Shown piece by piece: positions 12,525 through 33,754 of a DNA stretch of 64,000 nucleotides (positions within the stretch are counted from its first letter, which is position 1; the number at the start of each line of letters is the position of its first letter). Origin of the DNA: Octopus vulgaris. Lineage: Eukaryota. Position numbers and translations under genes: made by a program. The notes beneath the pieces were generated by a model, which searched no databases, had not been told where the DNA came from, and worked only from the letters and a program-made list of their open reading frames with translations. The stretch lies in NCBI GenBank assembly GCA_951406725.2, contig OX597820.1, forward strand, positions 107,818,001 through 107,882,000. Reading direction: 5' to 3'.

Positions 12525-13800
12525 TGAGGTGGTATCAAAAAGTTCCTGGACTAGTTATGTTTAATATAAAATAACTTATTTACCTAATGTAAAAACATCA
12601 TCTCCTTTGAAATTGTAACCTTGTGCAGTAATACACTGGTCCCAACTTTCCTACCACTTTTCGAATATAATCTGGAAGTCATTTTCCGTAAGCAAGTCCA
12701 GGACCTTCTGCGATCAACTCTGGATCTCCACAATGGTGTTAAAACAGTGACCTTTGAGCTGCATTTTCATCTTGAGGAAGGAATGGAAATCTGCAGGTGC
12801 TAAATCTGGCAGATAGGGCAAGTGTGGAAGCGATACCATGTTGTTTTTGGTGAGTGAGGAGAGCTCAGTGATAGGGTGCATTATCATCATGAAGAATCCA
12901 ATTCTTCATGCCCCACAGATCCAGTCACTTTCGCCTAATGTCTTCCCTCAAATGCTTCAAGATTTTTGCAGTAGAGCTCTCAATTGATGGTCTGGCCCTG
13001 GGGGATAAATTATCAATGCACAATATCATGGATGTTGGAAAAAATGATGATCATGCTCTTGATTGAGCTGCAGCTCTGTTGTGCCTTCTTCTGAAGGCCT
13101 TTTCCATTTTGATGACTGACGCTTCATCTCAGGGTCATACCTGAAGACCCAACTCTTGTCATTGGTGATGACCCTCAACATGAAGGCTGGGTCATCAATG
13201 GCATGCTGATGGAGATCTTGACAGACTCCATGATATTCTTTCTGTTCAGTGGTCAGCAGGCTGGGAACAAACTTGGCAGAGACACACCACATGTTCAATT
13301 CAAACATCAAGATTGCCTGCACTGACCCATACAACATACCAACAATGCTGTTAATTGTCCTCTAATGATCTTCATGCACAAACTGATGAATTTTCTCTAC
13401 ATTTCCAGGAGTGATGCTAGTGGCAGGTCTTCGAGATTTCTCCTCACTATCCAGGGACGATCTTCCATTCATGAAGTGCCTATGCCACTCTAAACATTGC
13501 ATATAACCCACTGTCTCATCACTGTAAGCTTGCCAAAGCATGCTCAACGTTTCTGTAACTGACTTCTCAAGTTTAACACCAAATTTCACATTAACTCTTT
13601 GTTCCAACTTCTTGTTCATGACAAAATTGCAGACTACAGCATACATGTGATTACAAAAAGCAAATTTTACAACTTGCAAAGTAAATACAGCGATGTTACT
13701 CAACACAGTGCCTCATGAAGGTCACTGCTAGCTCTCACTGTGCATGCAACTGTGTGCTACCATCAGTTAATATGCAACAGAACATTTTGATATCACCTCA
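12525..13800 (-). mobile_element. Mariner transposon, decayed
   Basis: TA-flanked TIRs tgaggtggtatcaaaaagttc / gaacattttgatatcacctca, 1276 bp. Fragments EQRVNVKFGVKLEKSVTET, VSAKFVPSLLT and VITNDKSWVFRYDPEMKRQS. Confidence 0.9.
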
Positions 13801-14116
13801 TAAAGCGAAGATGAATTCAAACAATCCAGTGGTGGCTTAGCTGACCAAAAACTTTAGTGTCACTGTTAACATTATTCTTGTTAAAGAATAGTGTGTGTGT
13901 GTGTGTATTTGTGTCCATCAAACATAGAATTATTGTATATGAATGTCCTTCATTTCCAATATTCTGCAAAATCATGTCTGCCCATGGGGACATATTACTA
14001 TGCTTGGAAACTGGTGAAGGTTGGTGACATGAAGGGTATCCAGCCATAAAGAATCTGCCTCAATAAACTTGTCCGACCTATGCAAGCATAGAACAGTGGA
14101 TGTTAAGACAATGATG

Positions 14117-14148
<32 letters not shown>

Positions 14149-14233
14149 TGTACATACATGCATGCATATATGGTACTGATAATAATGTTGATGTGTGAAA
14201 ACTAATATAATCTTTTTCTTTCTCTTCCCACAG

Positions 14234-14370
14234 ATGATTGGAATTCTATATTTGGTGATCCAACTAAATTTGGTCTTGGTGTTTTTTCCATTGCTTTCGA
14301 CATAATATTTTGTCTACAACATTATTTCTTTCAGAAAAACAACAAATATAAACCATTAATACAGACATAA
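14234..14370 (+). CDS. CTNS: Cystinosin homologue, last coding exon (equivalent to human exon 12)
   Basis: Pyrimidine tract plus CAG acceptor. The phase-1 join gives (D)[62 protein letters not shown] is identical to human, and the C-terminal YKPL is a YxxPhi-type sorting motif. Confidence 0.96.
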
Positions 14371-14619
14371 ATTGTCCCAGAAAAGAAGTAACAATGTGCC
14401 TTATACCACAGAGACAACACTACACCGTTATACTACATTAAGCTATATATTCACCATATATTGACATTATATAATTGACATGCATTATATAATGCACACA
14501 CATGTGTGTGTGTATATGTGAACATACACATACACACACATGCTAGCACATATTCACGCATGCATGCATACACAAACACACATACACACATATACATATG
14601 CACACGCACATACACATGC

Positions 14620-14690
<71 letters not shown>

Positions 14691-15180
14691 GACACATACA
14701 CACACATACATGCATACATACATACATATATATATATGTATTATTTAGAAATGATGGCACAGAGAGCGCAGTTAAATTACTGTTGGTAGTGTCCAATGTT
14801 TCAGACAGTCTTTGTTCAAAGTTTAAGATGTCAGGTGGGAGAAGGAGTAGGAAAAAGAGATTAAAAGAGCAAGAAAAGTTGGTAAGGGTGAGGAGGAGGT
14901 AAAATTTAAGGTGAAGGGGAACTGCAGGACAAGAATAAGATTGCTGAAGTAAGAGGTGGGAGTAATGTATTTTTTTTCAAATTTTAATCAATATGTGTGT
15001 GTGTGTATACACACACACAGAAGCACTCATGTCAGTGGCACATTAAAGGCATCCAGTGTACACTGTAAAGCAGTTGACATTAAGAAGGCCATGAAGCCAT
15101 AAAAACCAGGCCAAATCAGACTGGAACCTAGTAGAATCACTTGAATAAGTATCAAAATAAATACTGGTGTTGTTTTACAT

Positions 15181-20720
<5,540 letters not shown>

Positions 20721-20771
20721 TTAGTGTAATTCTCGGTCTGGATGGGGTGTAGGGTTCCGTTTTTTATATAT

Positions 20772-20931
<160 letters not shown>

Positions 20932-20939
20932 ATATATAT

Positions 20940-21405
20940 CATCATCATCATCATCATCATCATTTAACGTCCGCTTTCCTTGCTAGCATGGGTTGGACGG
21001 TTCAACTGGGGTCTGGGGAGCCCGAAAGCTGCACCAGTCCAGTCAGATCTGGCAGTGTTTCTACAGCTGGATGCCCTTCCTAACGCCAACCACTCCGGGA
21101 GTGTAGTGGGTGATTTTATGTGCCACCGACACAGGTGCCAGACGAGGCTGGCAAACGGCCACGCTCGGATGGTGTTTTTTATGTGCCACCGACACAGGTG
21201 CCAGACGAGGCTGGCAGACGGCCACGCTCGGATGGTGTTTTTATGTGCCACCGACTCAGGTGCCAGATGAGGCTGGCAAACGGCCACGTTCGGATGGTGT
21301 TTGTTACGTGCCCACAGCACGGAGGCCAGTCAATGCGGTACTGGCTACGGCCACATTCGGATGGTTTTCTTGTGTGCCACGTGCCACCGGCACTGGTACC
21401 ACAAA
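20940..21405 (-). mobile_element. RTE LINE 3' UTR fragment containing a ~62-63-bp tandem triplication (21114-21300)
   Basis: (cat)n-ttaacgtccgctttcc.tgctagcatgggttggacgg tail as at 10725. The unit atgtgccaccgacacaggtgccagacgaggctggcaaacggccacgctcggatggtgttttt starts at 21118, 21181 and 21243. Confidence 0.85.
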
Positions 21406-21406
21406 G

Positions 21407-22949
<1,543 letters not shown>

Positions 22950-22950
<1 letters not shown>

Positions 22951-24500
22951 GTGCGCGATAGTATATGTGTGCGTGTGGATGTGTGAGTATATATAATATA
23001 TATGTGTGTATATATGTGTGCATAGATGTATGTCCGTGTGTGTGTGTGTGTGTATGTGTGTATAGTGTGTATGTATGACGTGTGGGTGTGGAAGTGTGTG
23101 TATGTGCATAACATATGTGATGATATATATATGTATGTGTGTGTAGGATATATGTGTATATGTATATGTATGTATACGTATATGTGCGTGTGCATGCGTG
23201 CATGTATGTGCGTATGTGTTGTGTGCATGTGTGTGGGTATATATGTGTGTGCGTATATGTGTGTGTATGTGCGTACATATGTGTGTGTGTAGGTGTGTAG
23301 GCGTGTGTGTATAGGTGTATGTATGTATATGTATGGGTGTGTCCGTGTATGTGTGTATGTATGTGTGTGTATGTATGTGTGGGCGTGTGTATATGTGTGT
23401 GTATGTATGTGTAGGCGTGTGTATATGTATATGTCTGGGTGTGTCCGTGCATGTTTGTGTGTGTGTGTGTGTGCATGTGTATGTATATATGTATGTGTGT
23501 ATGCGTGTGTATGCGTGCGTGTGTGTATGTAGGTGCGTGTGTATGTGTGTGGGAGTGTAGGTGTGTGTGTGCGTGTGCGTGTTTATGTTGGTGTGTGCGT
23601 ATGTGAGTGTGAGTATGAGTGTTTGTCATGCATGTGTGTGCGCGTGCAGGTGAGTGTGTGTGTAAGTATGTGTGTGTGTATGTTTGTGTGAGTGTGTATG
23701 TGTGTATGTCTGTGTGTATGTATGTGCGTATAGGAGTATGTAGGTATGTGTGTGTGTATGTATATGGGTGTATGTGTGTGTGTGTGCATGTGTATAAGTA
23801 TATGCGTGTGTGCGTATGTGTGTGTATGTGTATGTGTGTGTGTTTATGTATGTGTGTATGTATGTGTGTAGGCGTGAGTGTGTAGATGTATCTATATATG
23901 GGTGTGTGTCAGTGTGTGTTTGTGTGTGTGTAGGTAGATGTGTGTGTCTGAGTGAGGGTATGGCTGTGTAGGTGTGTGTGTGTATGAATGTAAGTGTGTG
24001 CGTATACAAGTGTAATGTATGTATGTGGGTGTGTGTGTGTGTGTATGTGTACGTGTGCGTGTGTATGTGTGTGTGTGTATGCGTGTGAGTGTGGGTGTAT
24101 GGGTGTATGTCTGTGTGTGTGTATGTCTGAAGTGGGTATGTGTGTGTATATGTATGTGTGTGTGTGTGCGGGTATGTGTGTGTGTGTATGTGTGTGTGTG
24201 AGTAGGTGTGCGTGTATGTATGTGGGTAGGGATGCATGCGAGTGTGTGGGTATGTATGCAAACATATATATATATGTGTGTGTGCATTCAGTGTCGGGTG
24301 TGCATGTGTGGGTATGTATGTATGTATGTGCCTACATGTATGTGTGCATGTGTGTGTGTGTGAGGTATGTACGTGCGGTGTGTGTGTGTGAGTGTGTGTG
24401 TATGTATGTGCGTATGTATGTGTGTGTGTATGTGTGTATGTATGTCTGTGTGTGTGTGTGTGTGTAAGTATGTATGCGTGTGTGTATGTATGTGTATATG
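22950..24500. repeat. Degenerate (TG)n/(TATG)n simple-sequence tract, about 1.5 kb
   Basis: Almost purely alternating purine-pyrimidine sequence, G/T-rich on the + strand. Confidence 0.9.
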
Positions 24501-24690
<190 letters not shown>

Positions 24691-24711
24691 CATATATATA
24701 TATATATATAT

Positions 24712-25377
<666 letters not shown>

Positions 25378-25399
25378 CATATATATACATATATATATT

Positions 25400-25438
<39 letters not shown>

Positions 25439-25439
25439 C

Positions 25440-25524
<85 letters not shown>

Positions 25525-25546
25525 CATATATATACATATATATATT

Positions 25547-25583
<37 letters not shown>

Positions 25584-25892
25584 TTACAGTAAATTACAGT
25601 GAAAAATAGTATCATATGAAAGAGGAGATAAATACTTCAGTAAGTTGTTTATAAAATTGAGAAAAACTTACATAAAAATAATACATAAACATATATTAAC
25701 ACTGGTCAAAAACATTCATCATTTCATTCTACTGTAGCCTGGCTAACTAAATCCTTGTGAATGGATTTGGTAGATGAAAAGTGAAAGAAGCTCGTCGTGT
25801 ATATATGTGGGTTTATCTGTATGCGTATATTCAAATAGACACAACACAGTAAATTTATCATCACTTGTAATAGATTGATTTAAATGTGTGTG

Positions 25893-25934
<42 letters not shown>

Positions 25935-27087
25935 TTGGTTAAATTTTTTTTTTAATATAACATGTTAACCTTGAACAAGGACTTTAGCTGAATCATTAGA
26001 TACTCCACTCCCAACAGTAATTCAACTGTGTTCTCTGTGCCAATGTTTCCAAATGATATTTATGTATGTATGTGTACTTATACAAACACACATATGTTTG
26101 CATGTATGGGGGTGTATATATCTACTAACATCAAACAGGGAGAATGCATGCACAACACTGCATTGGTGGATAAATATTCTTTATTTGAGGATTAACAAAG
26201 CAACCAATGGTTTCATGTGAAGAGATTTGATCTTTACAATTTTTCAAGCATGCCCCATGAATGAGTATATACGAGGTTACATGAGACTGAACAGCATTTC
26301 AAAATAAATACACTGATCATATGAGGTAACTTATGATCATATCTTAATTGTTATATTCCTTTGTATTAGCCTTGGATTTTTGCAAGAGATTGTGTTCACC
26401 ATAGATGAATTAATTTTTTAATCATCTTTACATATATATGTATATCAGCAACAAAGGTGACTAGGAAACTAGAGCATGCAGCCCACCCCACCCACCTCCA
26501 CAGACACACACAGTTGGGAAGAGGGGAATTTCCAAGTATTCCATCCTCCCCCCTTTTCCATAAAAAGTGTAGTATTATATGCTTTGAGACATGGGGAGTC
26601 TGAAAATGAAAATAGTTTCCCTCTTACGATGCACCGTTTTGAAGTAGTTAGTAAGACACGAGAAACATACATACAAACATTTGCAAAATATATACAAGAA
26701 CTCCGTGATTAATGCACAAAAAATATTTGAGACTGCCTCTTATAAGCGGTGTCAAATTTGAATTGCTCATTTTAATAAGTGGGTTTTTTTTTGCACAAAC
26801 CCTTGAAGCATTGGCTGCACCAATCCATGCACAAGGTCATGTGCCACACCTACTACTGCTTAACTAGTATATTCAAAATAAATCGACAAAACTACTTGAA
26901 ATTCTACCAAAACTCATATAGTTGTCCATTTCTTTCTTTTCCACAAATTTACCGAAAAGATCTGGACCCCATTTTTTTAATAAAAATTATTATCAAATAA
27001 AAAAGTTTCACCAATTAAAATACCACTCAAAATCTTTGAAATGGAAATACTTCCACTTCTAATATCGTAGCCATTTTGAGACAGTAA

Positions 27088-27292
27088 ACTGGCAGAGTTG
27101 TTAGCAAGTCGGACATTTTGCAGTATTTCACCTGCACTTGTGCTCTGATTTCAAATTCCACCAGAGTTCACTTTACTTTTCATCCATTCAGCATTGATAA
27201 ATTAAGTATCAGTCAAGCACTGGAGGTCGATGTAATCAACTAGACCCATTCCCCAAAAATTTCAGCCCTTGTGGCTGCATCAGAAAGGAATA
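27088..27292 (+). mobile_element. tRNA-derived SINE with a Meta-like core, decayed
   Basis: ggcagagttgttagc head, ttcaaattcc B-box-like motif, and the core tttcatccattcagcattgataaattaagtatcagt. Confidence 0.55.
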
Positions 27293-27699
27293 TCATAGCC
27301 GTATTGAACCATGCTTATTTTTAAAGAATGTTTTATATAAAAACAAAATCAGAAAAAAATTTTCTAAAAACGATGGGTGTTTTTTGCAGTGGAGTCTAAC
27401 ACCGCAAAGCTGATTTTTAAAAAAGCATCAGTCAAATCATTTAAATTTTTTTGCATTTTATAATTCAACTTTTTCCTAAGATAAAACAGCAGTCTACGGG
27501 TTTTGGGTGTTTTTACTTTGTCCTTGATTTTTTTATAGTATCTTATATCTTACTGTAATAAAAGTAAAACATACAAGTTAAAGTAAATTTTGATTGGTTT
27601 CTAATTAAATATATAATAGGTGCTTTTTTTAAAGAATTATTTTTATTTGTGTCATATTTAATTTTTTAAATACAGTTGGCCATAAGTGAAAAACACCAT

Positions 27700-29030
27700 T
27701 TATCAACACATGGATATAATTGATAAAAATTGGTAGGATTATCATCAAATCTTCAATGTCAACAAAACTGGCCTATTCTGAGAAAAAAATGTCAACAAGA
27801 ACTTTTCTGACAAGAAAAGAGGCAATAACACCAAGTTATAAGGCACCCAAGGATAGATTAACACTTCTACCAAAGTTGAATGCAAATTAAAATCGATGCT
27901 AATTTATTGTACAATGAACCCAAGAGTATTAAAAGGCAGTAACAAGCAATCCCTTTCAGTAACTTGGAAACCAAATAAAAGGACTTGATAAAGCAGTTGT
28001 TTGAAGAATGGTTCAATTTTGTTACAAATTTGAAAAATATTGCAAAAAGAAAATGATAATAATTTGGATTTCAAAGTTCTTTTAATTTTAGATAATGCCC
28101 CTGGGCATCCTACCTCACTTAATGATTTAAATAGCAATGTAAAGGTTATATATCTACTGCCAAATACAACTTCTTTACTACAGCCAATGGATCAAGGAGT
28201 GATTTCTACATTCAAAGCATATTATGTGCAAAGAACTTTTGTCCAGGTAATTCAAGTTATAACTGGATATAATCCAACCACTCCTGAAGAATTTGGGGAA
28301 AAAATTGATATTAAACAGTTGAAAATATTCGTGAGTCTTGGAAGCAGTCTGGCTGAATCTTTTACCTGAATTCACTAACAATTTTTTCGGTTTTAATAAT
28401 CTCAACAACAAAGTTATTGATGAAATTGTTATAGTTGGAAGAGACCTCTGCTTTGAAGAATTAAGGAATTAGACTTGGAAAATGTTAGAGAATTATTGGA
28501 ATCGCTTTAAAAAGAAGAAAAAAATCTAAGTAACAACAATCTTCTTGGAATGAAGCATCAAAAGGCATGTGAAGGAGAAGATGAAAAGGAAACCACACCC
28601 ACAGATATTTCAGTGAAAAAACTTGAAAAATTGTTATAAACAATTGAAAACAGCTAAAGAATTTGTTCAAGATATTGATTCAAATGAAAAGAGATGCATG
28701 AATGTTCATCGAGAGCTAGATATGCAAATTGATTGTTAACACAAAATCATGGAGGAAAGGAAAAAAGCTGCCACTGTTTAACTGAAGTTAGATACGGTTT
28801 TTAGTAAAAAATAAAATTTTAATCTTACTATATTTTTTTTTAATATATTCCTCAAAGTAAACAACAATGCATTATAGATGTGCTTTGAGTGAAAAAAAAT
28901 GTTTATAATTTTGGTATTTTCCAGAGTTCATTATGATTATTGCATTGGTTCTTAGGTTTGATTAGTGTGGTTTTGGTAGATGTGGTGTTTTGCGAGAATT
29001 AATTAACCACACTAATCAAGGAATTCCTGT
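27700..29030 (+). mobile_element. pogo/Tigger DNA transposon remnant (DDE_1 transposase), 5' boundary uncertain
   Basis: KVLLILDNAPGHP..VKVIYLLPNTTSLLQPMDQGVISTFKAYY (28040-28369) with many stops. Tigger-like end ...aatcaaggaattcctg|TA near 29030. Confidence 0.85.
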
Positions 29031-29379
29031 AATAGATATACAACAAGCTTCTTTTCAGTTTCTGTTATGTTGTTACCACAGTTAGATATGAACTCCATTA
29101 TTGTGGATTTGCTTTCGGCTTCACATAATTTATTCTTGTGTCTTTTTTCTACAATGTACTAAGTAATTTGCACATGACTGCAATTGGCACGTCTGATTAT
29201 GCTTATAAATACTACCATATATTTTTCCTTAAAAGAAGGTGAGAAGAAGCACATTTCTAAATGACCAGCAAGATGAAAGACATTTTTGGGACTGGACCCA
29301 TGACCATGTGGTTGGTAAGCAATCTAAGTACCACACTGTTATTTGTAAAATAGTTCAATTTTTCTTTGCTTTGTGATAA

Positions 29380-31382
29380 ATTCATTGGTCACTTTGCTAT
29401 AAAATGCATCAGCACCACACTCTACCTTCATCTTCTTCAAAAGGTCTTTATTCATGGAAATGAAGACCAAATTACTCATTCTCTCTTCACTTTGAGAACA
29501 TCTCAAATAATTATTTACTCACTTTAAAGAAGAAAACGATCTCTCACAGGATGCAGATGTGGCAGGTATGGTCAAAATCAGATGTAATAACTTTGTTACT
29601 TCTGCCAGAGCTTGGTTTAGTTCAAGTTTCCATATTATATCTGCTACAAATTGGATGCTTGATGCTTACTTTGCAAAATCTGCAGCATAAACTGATTTAA
29701 GCGCATAAACTGATTTAAGCTCGTATTTCAGTCCATCCAAAACAAATTTGAACTCTTCCATTGTTTTAAATCTTTGCTCAACGTGAACAATAATTTCATC
29801 TAAAATGTTGTGAAACAAAGTTCTTAAATCTTCTGGTTCTTCATGTCAACTTTGCTGCTCTGAAAACCCAGGAGTAAAATTCATCAAATTTGTCCTTGAC
29901 ATGAATCAATTTTATTTTTTTTTTGTAGTTCTCAATTTCACAAATACATCTTGAAATATCAAGTGAACTTTTTTGAAGTGTTGAATACAGAATCTCTGAA
30001 CTACTCAATATGGTTTTAAAACCTACTAATAAAAATTTTAAATGAAAATCTTCTAGGATTGCAATGAATCCCCTTGCTTGTGCTAATTCTGAAGTATTCC
30101 AGTTCTCTGGATTTTTTAATATGGTTGAAAATAACTCAGAAAATGAAGTAATTTTATCGGACAAAATGGATACTTGCCGAGATGAATAATTCCATCATGT
30201 ATCAGGTAGCTTTGGAAATCACCTTCCAACAATTTCATCCATTAGTGCTAGCCAAGCCATCAACTTTGAGAAAAAAGTTGAAATTCCTTTTGAAGTTTGA
30301 AAGAAAATTTAACATTCACAAATACTTGAAGTTGATTGGGAAAGTACCAAATTTAGTGTATGGGCATAACAATGTACAAATATGACATTGGCACCAAAAA
30401 TCTCCTTTATTCTTGCTTGCATTCCATTCAAGTGCCAGCCATCACATTCATTCCATCATGTTTGTGCAATGAATTTTTGACCACATTTGAATTCATTAAT
30501 GAATTTTCGAACTTCTTCAGTCAGTGATGCAGCCCTTCTATCTATACTGACATCCGCATAACCCAAAAACCTTTCTTGAGGCTTTTCTTTCTCATCAACA
30601 TATTGTAAAACACATGGCAATTGAGGTTTCATTCTCCGATCCATAGTCTCATCAAACATAACAGCAACGAATGATGTTTTTCAATCATTGTCCTAATTAC
30701 ACCTTCAATTGTAGCAGCTATACAATTAATAATCACATTTTGAATATCACTTGAAAGTCTAGAAAATGTGTAGTTGGCCTTTTTCTTCATGAAATCTAAA
30801 TGCAATCTTAAACAATCATCATATTCCACTACTGCTTCACAGAGAGCTAGAAAACTTCCCTTATAATTTGATTCTTCTGTTTCATCATGTCCTCAAAATG
30901 GTAGTTATTAACAAGCTAAAATTTTGATATAGTGAATTAACCTTTTGAATATATGATTTTTTACAACTGTTCTATTGTGCAACTGAATCAAAGCAGCATT
31001 TCAGTGATCAATTGTGGTATCAATTCGATGTTGATAGTTTTCATAGTAATGACAGAATTCAAATGGTTCTGAGATTTTTTGTGTCTTGCCAAAGCTGTAA
31101 TCAAGTTGTTCAAATCACAGTAGCCAGTCCATGTGTTCTTATGTTGACAGAATAGCAGATATGGGAAACAAAGCAATTTGTTTAGAATGGGAAATCCTGT
31201 CATTCACTCATACTCTTCATAATAACGATGACATTCTTTGCTACCCACTTTAGTTTTAATTTTCAATTCAAGCTTTGGTTTCTCTTCCAAGAAAAATAAT
31301 CTCTATTTTCTCTTCAAAGTTTCTTGTTGCAAAAGGTTGTGAAAGTAGAGAAGAAACTGAGTTAATTGATTCTTTTGCCATT
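29380..31382 (-). mobile_element. hAT transposase remnant (ZMYM1/Tip100-like)
   Basis: Fragments LLCFPYLLF..WTGYCDLNNL, GHDET-like, SSDIQNVIINCIA, FDETMD..QL..VLQYVDE...ERFLGY, and the C-terminal dimerisation motif ILTIPATSASCERSFSSLKRV (~29520-29580). Multiple frameshifts. Confidence 0.85.
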
Positions 31383-32384
31383 TTGTGGGTAAATGGAAAC
31401 TTGGAAAATGTTGCTGAGTTTCAGTTTTGTCTTTGATGAATCAACAAAAATCTAGCAATGAATCTAACAACAAAATTAGGCTCTAGTTTACTTGTTTATG
31501 TAAATTTCTTAAAAATAATTCTAAATATTTAGAATTAAATTTTAAAGCATTGGAATTAATAAATGAATAACCACACAAAATCAAGCTGCTAATGAATTCT
31601 TGGTAGTGGTCACATGATTAAATTCCATGAGGTAGTGTTGTGACTTTTGACCCCTGAATAGGCAGTTAAGAAAGTAAACAGAAAAAAGAATTGCTATGTT
31701 TTGACCTACCTTTTTTTCTCTTTTCACCCCCTAGAAAACAGTAGTCAAGTTGTCTATTTTTTGAATTCCCCAAAGGCATGCAAGTATATTTGCTTTCTTA
31801 AGTGGTCCTATAATGCCATTTCTTTTTATTAATGGCTAATAACCAATTCATACTATTTATAAGAAGCATTTTCTTGTAGAGTCAGAAGCAAATGTTTTTC
31901 TGCATGCTGTGTCTATTCAGAGGTCATGTCATAATTCATTCATGCAACCACTGCCCAGTGAGAAAAAAAATTCACAACAAAATTAAGGAAAGTTAAAATT
32001 ATCAATAATTAATTAATTTTACATTAAAAATTTTATTTATCATAGAAAAGAAGGCATGCGTTGCATACATGGATGCCTTATACTTGATATATATATGGGC
32101 ATGCACAAGCATTCTCACATATAATGATTAAGGAATTAATTAATCTATGATAAACACAATTTTTTGCAAAAATCCCAAACTAATGCAAGTGAGATAACAA
32201 GATATTCTTATAAGTTTTGTATTTATTTTGAGATCCTGTTCAGTCTCATGTAACCTTGTGAATTCTCATCCAAAATAGAGACAAATTCCAACAATTCCAT
32301 GTAGCACACTTGAATTGTTGTGAAGATTAGATCTCTTCACATGAAACCATTAGTTACCTTACAACCCACAAATAAAATCTGTAT

Positions 32385-33530
32385 ATATATACACACATGC
32401 ATATATGGGTACATGACATCACTAACAGTAAACAACATTATATATGAAAACAAATGAGTTTAATATGCAAGCAATGAGAGAAACAAATGGAAAACAGGAC
32501 AAGTAACATAAGAACGACCCTTCATTAGTTGTCGGCTGTCTATCTACTCCTCATTTCAAGCATTGAACGATAATATGAGTCTTTGAAGACAGTTGTGCCA
32601 AAATAAAATTTAGGATTTATGGAGGGTTAAAGTTGGGAACAAAAATAAGACAGTGGAGACACATGGAAACTGAATGAAAACCAATATGGAGGGTTGTTAT
32701 ACCAGAATAAGGGTAAAGTAAGGAACGCTGGAGAAATATTTTCTTTGATAATAGAAAAGATAGAGGAGGGAGATAGGATATGTGCTGTCCTTAGGACAGA
32801 AGACTCATGTGTGTGTGTATATATTACTTATATTATTATTTGATTGAATGCCACACATCCGTTTCCAAAACAAGTTTATCTTAATCTTTTTGATGCAACT
32901 CTACTCTATACTGTTTTATCTCATCTTTTCTCTAATTCCCTTTTTTTCTCTCCTTCACTGTTTTTTATCTTTCTCTCTCTCTTGTTGCTCACACATGACC
33001 ATCAGCCATCTTTCTCTTCCTCACATGAGCTTCTTTTTTTTTTCTTTCAGGACTGTCCTAAGGACAGCACGTATCCTATCTCTCTTCTATCTTCTAGTAT
33101 TTCTCCAGCGTTCCTTATTTTACCCTCGTTCTGATCTAACGACCCTCCATGTTTCTGTTCGGTTTCCTTGTATGTCTCCACTGTCCTGTTTTTGTCCCCA
33201 ACTTTGACCCTCCATAAATCACAAATTTAATTTTGGTACATATGGGCGCAACTGTCTTCAAAAACTCATATTGTCGTTCAATGCTCAAAATGAGGAGTAG
33301 ATAGACAGCGGACAACTAATGAAGGATTGTTCTTTATGTTACTTGTCCTGTTTTCCATATGTTTCTTGTTGTTTGTGTATTAAACTCATTTGTTTTTGTA
33401 TTCTATGCTGTTTACTGTTGGTGATGTCCTGTACCCATATATGCATGTGTGTGTATATATATATGTATATGTATTTATATATATTATTATCTGATTGAAT
33501 GCCACGTATCCATTTCCAAGTTATCTTTTA
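32385..33530. repeat. ~410-bp inverted repeat pair (~32385-32799 and ~33052-33460) plus a short direct repeat (~32830-32880 and ~33480-33525); PLE terminal-repeat-like layout
   Basis: For example tctactcctcatttcaagcattgaacgataatatgagt versus actcatattgtcgttcaatgctcaaaatgaggagtaga. The inner ends of both arms fall at the small palindrome ctgtcct(t/a)aggacag. Confidence 0.8.
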
Positions 33531-33634
33531 TATATGTATGTGTGTGTGCGTGTGTGTCCAAACAAGTAAGTATATAGGTGCAAAACAAAGTTTAAAAATT
33601 ATACTTGAATACTAAATGCAAAGTAATACAGCTG

Positions 33635-33754
33635 AAAAAATCTTCACAGGCTGTTACTCAGGGTTTTACATAACTGTTCTTCAGTTAGTTGTGATCACAG
33701 GTGTCTAATGAACAGTCACATGAAACTATGAGTAATGGTTTGTGAAGATTTTTT
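33635..33754. repeat. Imperfect palindrome with a decayed hammerhead motif in each arm
   Basis: The + arm reads cacaggtgt-CTAATGA-acagtcacat-GAAA-ctatgag-TA-atggtttgtg. The - arm reads CTGAAGA-acagttatgt-AAAA-ccctgag-TA-acagcctgtg. Centre is gtgatcac. Confidence 0.65.

Noticed and set aside
21114-21300. Regularly spaced repeats as a CRISPR array (also 3600-3742 and 55748-55834)
   Set aside because: The units are head-to-tail with no unique spacers, the context is eukaryotic, and there are no cas genes.
27700-31382. Domesticated TIGD- or ZMYM1-like host genes
   Set aside because: Numerous stops and frameshifts point to decayed transposases.
33285-33335. Hammerhead at CTAATGA in the long inverted repeat
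   Set aside because: Both arms have CTAATGA rather than CTGANGA, and no correctly placed GAAA or stem III follows.
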